Of a stretch of 64,000 nucleotides of DNA, positions 38,362-48,417 are shown piece after piece. The translations under genes and the position numbers were made by a program. The notes beneath the pieces were generated by a model. The model made no database searches. It saw only the letters and a list, made by a program, of their open reading frames with translations, and was not told the DNA's origin. This stretch comes from Vampirovibrionaceae bacterium NZW_1234 (lineage in GTDB: Bacteria; Cyanobacteriota; Vampirovibrionia; Vampirovibrionales; JAGQHJ01): the NCBI GenBank assembly GCA_041697335.1, contig JBGUGD010000016.1, forward strand, positions 96,001 through 160,000, in the 5' to 3' direction. The first letter of the stretch is position 1. The number at the start of each line of letters is the position of its first letter.

Positions 38362-39639
38362 ATGAAGCAGTTTAGTCAAACCGACTCGGCTCTGCAAGCC
38401 TCAGCCTCGGGCATTCTGAATCCTCGAGCCGATCGGCTTATTATGCGCCCCTTGGGACTACCTTTAGCCGACACTCTGCCCACACGAAATACGGATCTGG
38501 TCCAACAGCAATGGGTAATTGCCTATCCGGATAGTGTCATGCTTTCAGCGCATATGGCACAACTGATCCAGTCCGGGTTTCCATCAGATTCTCTTGCGGC
38601 CATTACCCCTGAAACACCGCCTCATGAGGAACGATTCATCTGGGATGCCTGGAACAACCGTAAGGTGTCAACGGTACTCATCACAGGAGCAAGATTACAA
38701 GCCACGACAGTTTTAGAACGTCTCTATGATGCCTCTCCGTGGTTTACTCTCATTATCGAACATGCCCATTTGAGTTTAGCTCCTTGGGACGGCCCGGATG
38801 CCCATCATCCATATACAAGTCTAAGTCGGCTCATTAGTGAGCGTTGGCCCAACCGCCCTCCTCTATGGCTGGTTACTCCAGGTCTTGGCTCAGAGGATTC
38901 TAAATTACTTTATGACATCTGGGGCCTTCAAGTACCAGACCCAGTGTGGGCAAATGTCACAAGCCGCAACATAGAAGCGTTTCTTCACTATGAAGTTACT
39001 CAATACCAGAAGATCCGACGTCTCCAGCGTCTCTTAAAAAGCTCATTAGCGGAAGGTGTGCTTCCTATTGTCATTGTTCCCCACGGCAATGACATGAGCC
39101 GATTAACCCGATACTTATCTGCTCTACCCGTCCACACGCTCTCTCGTCAGCAATTAACTTCTTTCACACCTGCCGACGGGACATCTGCTTCCATTATTCA
39201 TCCTGAAGTAGCCCTCGTGATAGAGCAGCGGCTGCTAGATACATTACCTTGGTCATGGCTTCATTGTGGCCCGCGTCACGTGATTCATTGGCAAGTCCCA
39301 TGGTGCGTGGATCAACTTCGTCACCATGTGCATTTGGCCAACTCTACCCAGGCACAACACCAACTGACCGTTCTATATACCAAAGAAGATGTCCTTTCGA
39401 TGCAGGCATCCCTAAAGCGTCGACGCATTGAACACAACCAGGCACTCTTTGACAGAGCCTACGCTCGTTTACAATTCATGAGAGAACTCTGCCTGCAAGG
39501 ATTTCATGGATCCGAACTCCACTGGCCTGAACTGTCTCAACAGGTTGAGACTTCTCCTATAGCTATCGGAGAATCAGACGCCAGAACTTCCAAATTCTCC
39601 TCTCGATGGATGAATCTCTTGCGTCGCTTGGTCTTCTGA
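38362..39639 (+). CDS. Degenerate RecQ-like (SF2) helicase paralogue, probably catalytically inactive
   Basis: Colinear by eye with the RecQ core. Walker A remnant DRLIMRPLGLPLA, IIEHAH for VDEAH, LVTPG for ALTAT, RHVIHWQVP for RFVVHFDIP, motif VI lost. Confidence 0.65.
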   Translation: MKQFSQTDSALQASASGILNPRADRLIMRPLGLPLADTLPTRNTDLVQQQWVIAYPDSVMLSAHMAQLIQSGFPSDSLAAITPETPPHEERFIWDAWNNRKVSTVLITGARLQATTVLERLYDASPWFTLIIEHAHLSLAPWDGPDAHHPYTSLSRLISERWPNRPPLWLVTPGLGSEDSKLLYDIWGLQVPDPVWANVTSRNIEAFLHYEVTQYQKIRRLQRLLKSSLAEGVLPIVIVPHGNDMSRLTRYLSALPVHTLSRQQLTSFTPADGTSASIIHPEVALVIEQRLLDTLPWSWLHCGPRHVIHWQVPWCVDQLRHHVHLANSTQAQHQLTVLYTKEDVLSMQASLKRRRIEHNQALFDRAYARLQFMRELCLQGFHGSELHWPELSQQVETSPIAIGESDARTSKFSSRWMNLLRRLVF

Positions 39640-39697
39640 CCCCAGCCACAGGATATAATAATTTCCTAGAATCAGGCATCTTACGGGTTTAAGCTCT

Positions 39698-40474
39698 GTG
39701 GATATTACCTCTCTGATCGGACTCATTTTTGGCATTGCGGCCGTTATCGGTGGTCAAATTCTGGAAGGCGGCAGTGTGATGGCCATCGTCCAGCCGACAG
39801 CTTTCCTCATCGTTATGGGTGGAACCGTGGGCGCGGTCCTTTTAAGTTTTCCCGGCAAAGACCTGATGAATGCCGTCAAAGGTCTAAAAGCCGTCTTTTT
39901 GGGTGCAGGTGGCAATTTCAAGGAAACCATTGATCTGCTGGTTAATTTAGCCTTGAAAGCCCGTAAAGAAGGTATCCTCGCACTGCAAGCCGAGATCAAA
40001 GACATTGATGATGTGTTTTTGAAGAAGGGCATGGAGTTGATGACGGATGGGACAGATCCAGCTCTTGTACGGGATATTTTAGAAACGGAATTATCCTTTC
40101 TTGAAGAAGAAGTACAGTCCGCCTCCAAGGTATTCGAGTCTGCGGGCGGCTTTGCTCCCACCGTAGGCATTCTTGGGGCCGTCTTAGGCTTAATTCACGT
40201 TATGGAAAACCTTTCCGATCCCAGCAAGTTGGGATCAGGCATTGCCGTTGCGTTTGTGGCAACCGTCTATGGGGTAGGATTTGCTAATCTGATCTTTATC
40301 CCCATGGGGAACAAACTCAAATTCAATATGCGAAAGTTTATTGTGATGCGGGAAATGATGATCGAAGGGATTCTCTCAATTCAAGCAGGAGAAAGCCCGA
40401 ACTTCATCCGGCAAAAACTCCAGGTGTTTGACGGCGGCGGAGAAGCCGGTGGCGAAGCCGCTGAGGCAGGCTAA
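39698..40474 (+). CDS. motA: Flagellar stator protein MotA
   Basis: AFLIVMGGT.GA, ARKEGILAL, FLKKG..L..DG, FAPTVGILGAVLGLI, AFVATVYG, EGILSIQAGESP. Confidence 0.95.
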   Translation: MDITSLIGLIFGIAAVIGGQILEGGSVMAIVQPTAFLIVMGGTVGAVLLSFPGKDLMNAVKGLKAVFLGAGGNFKETIDLLVNLALKARKEGILALQAEIKDIDDVFLKKGMELMTDGTDPALVRDILETELSFLEEEVQSASKVFESAGGFAPTVGILGAVLGLIHVMENLSDPSKLGSGIAVAFVATVYGVGFANLIFIPMGNKLKFNMRKFIVMREMMIEGILSIQAGESPNFIRQKLQVFDGGGEAGGEAAEAG

Positions 40475-40477
40475 GGC

Positions 40478-41695
40478 ATGGGGAAGAAGCACAAGCACCC
40501 CGAACACGAGAACCTTGAACGTTGGCTAGTCTCCTACGCCGACTTTATTACCCTGCTGTTTGCAACCTTTGTTGTTCTCTACGCATTGTCTCAGGCCGAT
40601 TTAGCAAAATTCAAACAGTTTTCTCAGTCCGTAAAGCAAGCCTTTTCACCAGCCAAAAGTATTATGCAAAACCCAGGTGGCGTGTTAAAAGGCAATCCCA
40701 ATGCCGGTATTCTGAAAGAAAGCGGCAATAGCATCCTGGACAAATTTGTTCCCAAGGATCCGGGCGAAGGCGGGGGTAGCACAGAAGGTAAAGGGCAAGC
40801 AAAGAACCTCTTGGTGGAGACCATTAAGGAAATTAACCAGCAAGTTGAGGCGATGAACAAACAAAACACGGCTCAAAACGGTGAATCTATTGGTGCAAGC
40901 AGCATCAAGGTTCAGGAGCGAGGGGTCGTCATCAGTTTGTCTAGTGGCCTCTTCTTTGAGCCTGCCAGTGCAGGATTGAAACCAGCCTCGTTTAAAGTTT
41001 TAAATCAGCTCGCTGAGCTCCTGAAAAAGACACCGAACATCATCCATGTTGAAGGTCATACTGATAACCAACCCATGACCTCCGCTATTTATCCCTCGAA
41101 CTGGGAATTATCCACAGCTCGTGCAAGCAGCGTGGTGCGCTATTTTATCAGTCGTCATGGAGTCCCGCCAGAGAGAATTGCTGCAGTTGGGTATGGCGAT
41201 ACCCGACCCATTGCCGACAACACTTCCCGTGAAGGCCGGCAAAAGAACCGTCGAGTAGATATCGTCATTCTTTCCTCGAGCGCAAGCAGTACGGCAGATG
41301 CAGGGGTTGCCCAAACCTCGGAACAGAACGTCATCCTAAACCATGAAAGCCAGGGCCCCTCCGCTTCTGATCATCCAGAACATTCACAGCACTTGCCTGA
41401 AGCTCACAAGCCTGCTGCAAAACCCGAACATGCCAAACCATCCGGTCAGATCCACACTGCTCCTTCAAGCTTTTCGACTCACACCCCGCAAGAACCAGCG
41501 AAAGAGTCTCATGAAGCTAAGGAGGAGAGCCCTGCCAAGCCGAATAGTATAAACATCATTCCTGAGAAACCCAACATCTTTAGAAGCAAACCCGATACCG
41601 CACCCATGCAAGAAAAACCCAACAAGGGCCGCTCGCGTATCCGGTTTTCAGACGAACCCAGCAGCCGGTCTGATCATACTCAAGCCATGCATTAA
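40478..41695 (+). CDS. motB: Flagellar stator protein MotB with long C-terminal low-complexity tail
   Basis: ERWLVSYADFITLLFA (conserved Asp); OmpA domain VEGHTDN, NWELSTARA, KNRRVDI. Confidence 0.95.
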   Translation: MGKKHKHPEHENLERWLVSYADFITLLFATFVVLYALSQADLAKFKQFSQSVKQAFSPAKSIMQNPGGVLKGNPNAGILKESGNSILDKFVPKDPGEGGGSTEGKGQAKNLLVETIKEINQQVEAMNKQNTAQNGESIGASSIKVQERGVVISLSSGLFFEPASAGLKPASFKVLNQLAELLKKTPNIIHVEGHTDNQPMTSAIYPSNWELSTARASSVVRYFISRHGVPPERIAAVGYGDTRPIADNTSREGRQKNRRVDIVILSSSASSTADAGVAQTSEQNVILNHESQGPSASDHPEHSQHLPEAHKPAAKPEHAKPSGQIHTAPSSFSTHTPQEPAKESHEAKEESPAKPNSINIIPEKPNIFRSKPDTAPMQEKPNKGRSRIRFSDEPSSRSDHTQAMH

Positions 41696-41827
41696 ATTGT
41701 TTCAACAGCTCAGAACATATTCTCCTCTCCGCACCCCAGGTAATCTAGGGCGAGGTAATATAGTGAAAGTGACGTTCGATTCTTGCAATCACCTGGATGA
41801 TTCACTTCAACGTTGGAGGAGCGACTG

Positions 41828-43456
41828 ATGAGAAGGCTTACTTTGGCAGTCACGAGAGCACTTTTGCTCGGCCAAATTCTCTTGCTCTTCACGTTATGGG
41901 GCTGTCAGGACAAGCGCTTCAAAGAGAAGCACCTGCCGCCGAAAAATGGTGTGTTTCGGATGAACATTGGAACAGAGCCACCCACATTGGATCCAGCCTT
42001 GGCCGATGATCTCATCTCGATGACGGTGTTATCCAACCTGATGCAAGGTCTCACCCAGTATGATACTCAAGGGCGAATCGCTCCCGGTGTTGCCTCCCAT
42101 TGGACTGTTAGCCCCGATGGCACCCATTACCGATTTCATCTTCGTCCTCAGGCCAAATGGAGTGACGGTAAGCCTGTGACTGCCCAGGACTTCGTGGATG
42201 CCTGGCGGCGGGTGCTGTCTCCTCAGACCGGCTCTCACTATGCTTTTCTCTTGTTTGATATTCAAAATGCAAAAGCCTATTATGACGGACAGATAACCAA
42301 TCCCGAGAAATTGGGGCTCAAAGCCATTGATTCTCGTACATTAGACGTGTCACTAGCGCGTCCCACGGCATTTTTCCTTCAGATTGCTGCCTTTTCGATT
42401 ACCTACCCCCAAAGGACAGACAATATCAAACACCATCCGGATACCTTTACAGAAGCCCAGTACAGCATTACAAACGGTGCCTATACACTTGCCCGGTGGG
42501 ATCACGAAAATCAAATCCTCCTTAAGCCTAATCCACACTATTGGGCCGGACCGCCCAAGGTTTCCGGCGTTCAGATGGTCATGATCCCCGAACCCAATAC
42601 CAGCCTGATCATGTACGAAAACAATGAGCTGGACTTTATTGAAACCACCAGCAGCCTACCCGCAAAAGAGGTGCGCCGATTAAAGTATCGCCCAGATTAT
42701 TATCAGAAACCTCTTCATGCGGTCTCCTATATGGGATTCAACGTGAGCAAAGCTCCCTTTAATGACGTTCGAGTCAGGAAAGCCTTTATCCAGGCCTTCG
42801 ATCGAACAGCTATTGCAAAAATCTTTCAAGCAGGAGAACAGCCGACCACCTCTCTGATCTCTCCCGGTATGGTCGCCCATAACCCTAACATTGGCCTACC
42901 TTTTAATGTTGAGGAAGCGAAAAAGCATTTAGCAGAGGCTGGTTACCCCAATGGAAAAGGCTTTCCACCTGTTGAGCTCCTATTTGCCAGTACCAGCCCA
43001 GAAACTCGACAATTGTCCGAATTGGCTCAATTTGAATGGCACCATCACCTGAATGTTCCCATTACTTTAAAAGCCGTCGAGTGGAAGGTATTCCTGAGTC
43101 AACTGGACAGCGACCCTCCCGCTTTATTTCGTCTGCAATGGTATGTGGATTACCCTGACCCGGATAGCTTTATGAATCTTATGCTGGCTGAGAACGGGAA
43201 TAATCATACACGCTGGCATCACCCCCAGTACGAACGCTGGGTCAAGGAAGCAGCCATTACGAAAGCCCCCGAAAAGCGCAAAGAACTTTACGACAAGGCA
43301 CAGCGACTCTTATTGGAAGATGAAGCTGCATTCATGCCGCTGTACGTCATCCCGAAAAGCTATTTACTCAAACCTTATGTACGAGGTTTCCGACTTAACA
43401 CCCTTAATGTGCCGTCATTAGAGGATCTTTACTGGCAAACCGCAGCCCTCAATTAA
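41828..43456 (+). CDS. oppA: Oligopeptide ABC transporter substrate-binding lipoprotein OppA
   Basis: Lipobox LWGC, EPPTLDP, AKWSDGKPVTAQDF, NGAY, PFNDVRVRKA, WYVDYPDP. GGAGG SD supports ATG 41828. Confidence 0.92.
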   Translation: MRRLTLAVTRALLLGQILLLFTLWGCQDKRFKEKHLPPKNGVFRMNIGTEPPTLDPALADDLISMTVLSNLMQGLTQYDTQGRIAPGVASHWTVSPDGTHYRFHLRPQAKWSDGKPVTAQDFVDAWRRVLSPQTGSHYAFLLFDIQNAKAYYDGQITNPEKLGLKAIDSRTLDVSLARPTAFFLQIAAFSITYPQRTDNIKHHPDTFTEAQYSITNGAYTLARWDHENQILLKPNPHYWAGPPKVSGVQMVMIPEPNTSLIMYENNELDFIETTSSLPAKEVRRLKYRPDYYQKPLHAVSYMGFNVSKAPFNDVRVRKAFIQAFDRTAIAKIFQAGEQPTTSLISPGMVAHNPNIGLPFNVEEAKKHLAEAGYPNGKGFPPVELLFASTSPETRQLSELAQFEWHHHLNVPITLKAVEWKVFLSQLDSDPPALFRLQWYVDYPDPDSFMNLMLAENGNNHTRWHHPQYERWVKEAAITKAPEKRKELYDKAQRLLLEDEAAFMPLYVIPKSYLLKPYVRGFRLNTLNVPSLEDLYWQTAALN

Positions 43457-46400
43457 GCGATGCATTTAATAACAGTGATTTTGCTTCTGCATAGCCCGGT
43501 TTCTGCAGCCACTGAGGTGTAACAGACTCTTGCCGCTCCAAATCTGTACGTAACAATTGGCGTTGTTCAGATGATAAAGCCAAGGCTTTTATGGCCTCGT
43601 GCATTGTTGATAGGTTAGCCAACTCAGGCCTTTTTCTCATCCATTGGAGCCACAGCTTGGCAACAGACAGTTTTTTCTCCGGTGAAATCCCTAACTGTGT
43701 CATCAAAGATGCTAAATTGCCCAGTGTTTTTGGGTCATGCGTCCGCTTACCAGTTCGAACCTCCTTTGCAGCATCGAAAATATGCTGCCTCACCAGCCGC
43801 TTGTGAACAGGAGCCGTCACCATGGCGAGATCCGCCTTGGCCAATGCTTCGATCGCCAAGGCTCGAATGCGGCTTGATGGACTGTCTGGCACTGTAACCC
43901 GATCCGTCTGCTGTAGAAAATACGTTACTCCTTGATGCAGTCGATCCAGCAAGGCTCTTTGGGCCAAATGCTCCTCAGGATTAAAACGCGACTTCAGCTC
44001 TGTAACCAGCCGGGATACCTGTCTTTCCACTCGCCGATGCTGCGATGCAGGGAGCGAGGGTAGAGCCTCAAGATGCCGACGTAGCTGAAGTAAACGTTTT
44101 AAGCCCTTTTGATCTGAAACAAGCCCTATCGGTAGGGTAAACCCTGTTTCCAACAAAGAAATTAACTCTTTCGGTGGTATGACCTGAAACTGAGGATAGG
44201 TTTGGAAGACTTGCAAAGACGCTTCAAAGTCTTGACGGCGCTCTTCTGGCAAGCGTTGACGATAATCAACGTTAGCAAAATCAGCAATCACATTGAGCTT
44301 ATGTAACCGCTTCAGCGCCTGATTGGTTAAAGGTGGCACCGTTAATTGGTGCGCCCAATCCAGCATTCTACTCTGAAACATCTTATCCAATTTTTGGAAC
44401 CCGGGTGACTCATAGTGAGTCAAGGCAACCAGTTGCTCGAAGCTCTTGGGATTGGCCAAACGACCATCTTCGTTTTTACGAATACCTATCTCGGCTATTA
44501 GGGCTGCAGCCGCCATCTGTTCAGCCTTATAGGCTTGGTAGGCTTGAGACCAATCCGTATCTCCCAAAGGAAGAATATCGGGCGCAAACAAAACAGCTTG
44601 CAAAGCTGGTAACTGTGCATCCGTAACACCAGCTGCTTTAGGGGATACCGATTGAAGCAACTGGCTACCTTGAGTCCGCAATAGGGTCAGCGCTTTAACA
44701 TAGAGTGCATTGGCCATAGTGGGACGCATAAGCGTTCCTCGCGTCAAGGCATACTGAGATTCACGATGCAAAGTAACCTGAGCCTCTCGGGCTTGCTGAT
44801 ACAGCTCTATATTCCACCCGGAATCCATAGCGGACCGGGGAATACGAAAAGGTTTTAAATGGGTATCTTCATCCGCTGCTTTTTCCAAGCCACCGAATCC
44901 ATCTTTCGACAGCGCTCTCAATCGTTCTAAGGTGGGGACAACGGCATTTGCATCACCTAAAGCCTGCTGCAGTTGAGATGAAGCAGTCTGCAAGTACACA
45001 TCGTCATCATCTGCATTGAAATAACCGTCTTCTTGAAAGACTTGAAACCACTCGGCCAAAAGCTTCTCCGGCGGCTCATCCAAGAGCTGCAACTGGGTCA
45101 ACGGCTGCAAATCTTTAATCACTGACTCATCAAACAACGCCTTGACCGACTTACCCTCCAATCGAGCCAGCAAGGCCTGGCGATAGAGATTACTAAAACG
45201 ATCCTCTGGATCCAGATAGTGGGAAACCGTTACATTTCCCGCTTTCGTCGGCAGAACCACTTCAGGTTTGGGATGCATCATCCCCTGGTTCAAAACCGTT
45301 TTAAGACGATTTGATAGATCCGGGGATGCTTTTATCCCAGCCAGAATGCGCTGGTCCATCAAGAGACCCATCAAGGTCCTCTCTGTGCAAGCTGCGTACC
45401 CAACAGCCTCGAATTTATCTGGAGTCGACGACGCCAGAAGATCAATTAATTGGGCTGCTCCTTCCGGCTTTGCCGCCAGAGCCTTTAAGAGAGAACGATC
45501 CAGGGGCTGAAGCAGGCCTGAAGAAGATGGGTTTAGTTGCGGGCCTTTTTTGAGAAGGGTCACCAAATGTTTCTGCATGGGCGCAGTCTCACCCAACACA
45601 GGCTGCTCTAAGTGTGCTAAGACTTGTCGTATCCCTTGCTCCAACAGAAGTCGATCATCACTCTCATGAGAGGGCTCAGATATGGCCGGTGTGGCCAAGT
45701 TGGCATTCAGGGAAGATACCAATCCTTGTTCAACGACCAGGGCTCGGGTCTCCGAGGTTAATAAACTATAGAGGGCCAAAGCTCGAATTCCCGGACTTGC
45801 GGGAGAGGCGGCCGAAGAAGTCAAGCCATGGTTCATTAAATCGCCCACCACAACAGCTAAGGCTTGAGGCATACCATTTTGCGCCATCCCAACAAGCGCA
45901 TTGGAAGCTGAAAGTGCCACATCCGGGTCAGGATTGTCCACTAAGGTTCTTAAAGCAGGGACAACTCGAAACGTACCTTCCTCAAAAGCCTGCTGAATCG
46001 TGTCCAACAAAGTGGCTTTAGGTTGATCAGGTTTCAAACGTTGCTTTATCGAATGATCCAAATAAATTTGGGCGGCGCGCCCAGCCAAACTGGATGCAAA
46101 AGCCTGCTGCTGTCGAAACTGCTGTTCTCGGTAAGCCTGAACATCACTTCCGGCAGAAAACGGCTCGTTGGGAGTATGGGCCGAGAGCACATTCTCCCGT
46201 AAACGTCGTAATTGGCTTTGTATATCTGCTTCAGGATAAACCTGAAGCGCATACCCACGAACATCGGACAAGGACGCATCCATAAAGACTTCAACAAAGG
46301 CCTCCAAAGCCCGAGGCTCCCCCCGTGCTGCCATCTCTACAATGGCGTCCACGGCATCAAAACGTTGCTCGGGCGTGAGGTTCGGATCTAAAGCCCAAGG

Positions 46401-47156
46401 TAAAATATCCGGAGTCAAGGCATCGCTGGCCTCATCGCTGGCTCTCTGAAAGATAGGGGCTCGCTGCGCTGGTGTGGATGCCCCTTGAAGCGCTTCACGA
46501 ATTTGTCGGTCTATAATTGTCTGACGGGCCTGACCCAAGAGACTCGATGCATAGGCCGGTGACTGACTGCGCAATCGCACATGACCAGGAATGTCTCGAG
46601 CTTTCAAGAGTTTATCTCGGGTCACCATGGATTCCGGCACCTTGGATTCCAAAGCTTCCAACAAGGCACGGTTAGTCACCATCGCCTGCTCACAATGGTT
46701 TCGAACAAAGCCTGGTGCATGGGGCAAAATAATGCGAACCAATGCCTCTTGGCTGGCCTCTTGCCCACGTCCTGCCATCATAATTAGGGCATCAGCCGTG
46801 GTCAAGGCAACATTCTGTTCTTCATGGGTCAGCAATGGCAGAAGAACATTCACCAGCTCTCCACTTCCCTCTTCACCTGCACGGTAAATGGCTGCCAACA
46901 GACCCATGTGCTCATGGTTATTTAAATGTCCTTTTTTTCGATAATGCCGAAGCTGTTGCTTTAATTGCTGATCCACAGTTACAGTTGAGGTCCCATGGCC
47001 TTCTGGAAGCCCGGACTCGGCTGTAGGCTCCTCAGGTAAAGATGGGTCTGAAGGGTTACTCCTAAAGCGTGGCACCCCCAAATCGGCCGCTTTTGTTTTT
47101 GTACCCAAGCGTTTCTCCAGAACACTTGTCAAACCCACATGCCACTGGCTCATCAC
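43449..47156 (-). CDS. Large (1235 aa) HEAT/ARM-like repeat hypothetical protein
   Basis: AGGAG SD; three internal repeats of about 150 aa; all-helical composition. Confidence 0.85.
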   Translation of the reverse strand: MMSQWHVGLTSVLEKRLGTKTKAADLGVPRFRSNPSDPSLPEEPTAESGLPEGHGTSTVTVDQQLKQQLRHYRKKGHLNNHEHMGLLAAIYRAGEEGSGELVNVLLPLLTHEEQNVALTTADALIMMAGRGQEASQEALVRIILPHAPGFVRNHCEQAMVTNRALLEALESKVPESMVTRDKLLKARDIPGHVRLRSQSPAYASSLLGQARQTIIDRQIREALQGASTPAQRAPIFQRASDEASDALTPDILPWALDPNLTPEQRFDAVDAIVEMAARGEPRALEAFVEVFMDASLSDVRGYALQVYPEADIQSQLRRLRENVLSAHTPNEPFSAGSDVQAYREQQFRQQQAFASSLAGRAAQIYLDHSIKQRLKPDQPKATLLDTIQQAFEEGTFRVVPALRTLVDNPDPDVALSASNALVGMAQNGMPQALAVVVGDLMNHGLTSSAASPASPGIRALALYSLLTSETRALVVEQGLVSSLNANLATPAISEPSHESDDRLLLEQGIRQVLAHLEQPVLGETAPMQKHLVTLLKKGPQLNPSSSGLLQPLDRSLLKALAAKPEGAAQLIDLLASSTPDKFEAVGYAACTERTLMGLLMDQRILAGIKASPDLSNRLKTVLNQGMMHPKPEVVLPTKAGNVTVSHYLDPEDRFSNLYRQALLARLEGKSVKALFDESVIKDLQPLTQLQLLDEPPEKLLAEWFQVFQEDGYFNADDDDVYLQTASSQLQQALGDANAVVPTLERLRALSKDGFGGLEKAADEDTHLKPFRIPRSAMDSGWNIELYQQAREAQVTLHRESQYALTRGTLMRPTMANALYVKALTLLRTQGSQLLQSVSPKAAGVTDAQLPALQAVLFAPDILPLGDTDWSQAYQAYKAEQMAAAALIAEIGIRKNEDGRLANPKSFEQLVALTHYESPGFQKLDKMFQSRMLDWAHQLTVPPLTNQALKRLHKLNVIADFANVDYRQRLPEERRQDFEASLQVFQTYPQFQVIPPKELISLLETGFTLPIGLVSDQKGLKRLLQLRRHLEALPSLPASQHRRVERQVSRLVTELKSRFNPEEHLAQRALLDRLHQGVTYFLQQTDRVTVPDSPSSRIRALAIEALAKADLAMVTAPVHKRLVRQHIFDAAKEVRTGKRTHDPKTLGNLASLMTQLGISPEKKLSVAKLWLQWMRKRPELANLSTMHEAIKALALSSEQRQLLRTDLERQESVTPQWLQKPGYAEAKSLLLNASLN

Positions 47157-47408
47157 AACACTCCTATTACACCTTGCTCATTTTTACCGAGGTTTGCTCC
47201 TCGGCTCCTAACCTCGCAGGGTCAAGCCCCACGGCGGGTTTGAGATCAAAAGCGACCTCATGATGGCATAAACCCCGCACAAATACCATGGTTCTAAAAC
47301 AACGCCACAATCGAAAATGCCGTTTTCATTCTGAATATGACAAAATGTGACAGACGCCGTGGAAGCTGGCCCATGGTTTTCTAAAAATGCTTTGGATAGA
47401 ATACAACT

Positions 47409-48410
47409 ATGGAACGCTATAAAGTCACCCTATCGCCCCTGTTTCAGGATCAAGCCCGTGTGGCCCTCATGGATCTTGGAAACTGGCAGGAAAAAACCGA
47501 GCAGAATTGTCGTTACCGCCTGGACTGGACAACTCCCCAAGGCTGGGTTCGAGTTAAACAGTTTACGAACGGCACATTTTATCTTGAAGCGACAGACGCA
47601 AGCGCTTATTTGCAGGTACTTTCCAAAATTCAAGCATTGACCGGTCAATGTGTAGCCCCCGCCACCCCAGCATCTACCCTGAACACGAATCACTCAAACA
47701 AGGGTAAGGTGACCTCAATCCGGTCCGAAACCCGAGGTCTTATTGCCTTGGACGTTCCCTATATTGGCACGGATGAATCCGGCAAAGGGGATTATTTTGG
47801 GCCCTTGGTTATTGCCGGTGTTTATACTACTCCTGAAAACACCGAAGCCCTCTTACAGCTAGGTGTAATGGACAGTAAACTTTTGAAAGATGGCCAGATG
47901 GCTCAAATTGCCGTCGCCATTCAGAACCTGGTGGGCCCCACCGGCTTTGACATCATCGAAATTGGCCCCAAGCGTTACAACGAACTGTATGACAAGTTCA
48001 AACAGAGCGGGAAAAACCTAAATCACCTACTAGCCTGGGGCCATGCCCGAGTGCTGGAGAACTTGCTGAGTAAAAACCCCAACTGCACTCATGCAATAGC
48101 GGATCAATTCGGTAGCGAACATTACATCAAAACTCAGCTACAGACACGGGGCAAAGGGATTGAACTCCACCAAACCCCTAAGGCCGAAGCCAATCTTGGG
48201 GTGGCAGCAGCGAGTATCTTAGCCCGGGTCCGCTTTGTCCAAAAACTCAAAGCGCTTGGACATCAATACAATACAGATCTCCCGCCAGGCGCGGGTTCCC
48301 AGGTTCTAACAAGAGCCAAAAGTCTAGTAGCTACTTATGGACCCGATATTTTAAGCCAAATTGCCAAACTGCACTTTAAGACGACAGAAACGGTCTGTAA
48401 TAAAACGTGA
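47409..48410 (+). CDS. rnhC: Ribonuclease HIII
   Basis: N-terminal TBP-like domain (KQFTNGTF), IGTDESGKGDYFGPLV, GVMDSK, YNELY, NLN.LLAWGH, DQF, VAAASILAR, AKLHFKT. Confidence 0.92.
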   Translation: MERYKVTLSPLFQDQARVALMDLGNWQEKTEQNCRYRLDWTTPQGWVRVKQFTNGTFYLEATDASAYLQVLSKIQALTGQCVAPATPASTLNTNHSNKGKVTSIRSETRGLIALDVPYIGTDESGKGDYFGPLVIAGVYTTPENTEALLQLGVMDSKLLKDGQMAQIAVAIQNLVGPTGFDIIEIGPKRYNELYDKFKQSGKNLNHLLAWGHARVLENLLSKNPNCTHAIADQFGSEHYIKTQLQTRGKGIELHQTPKAEANLGVAAASILARVRFVQKLKALGHQYNTDLPPGAGSQVLTRAKSLVATYGPDILSQIAKLHFKTTETVCNKT

Positions 48411-48417
48411 GAACGCT

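Noticed and set aside
41740..41796. tRNA-like GTTCGATT within a CCAGGT...ACCTGG stem
   Set aside because: No cloverleaf, D-arm or anticodon arm can be built.
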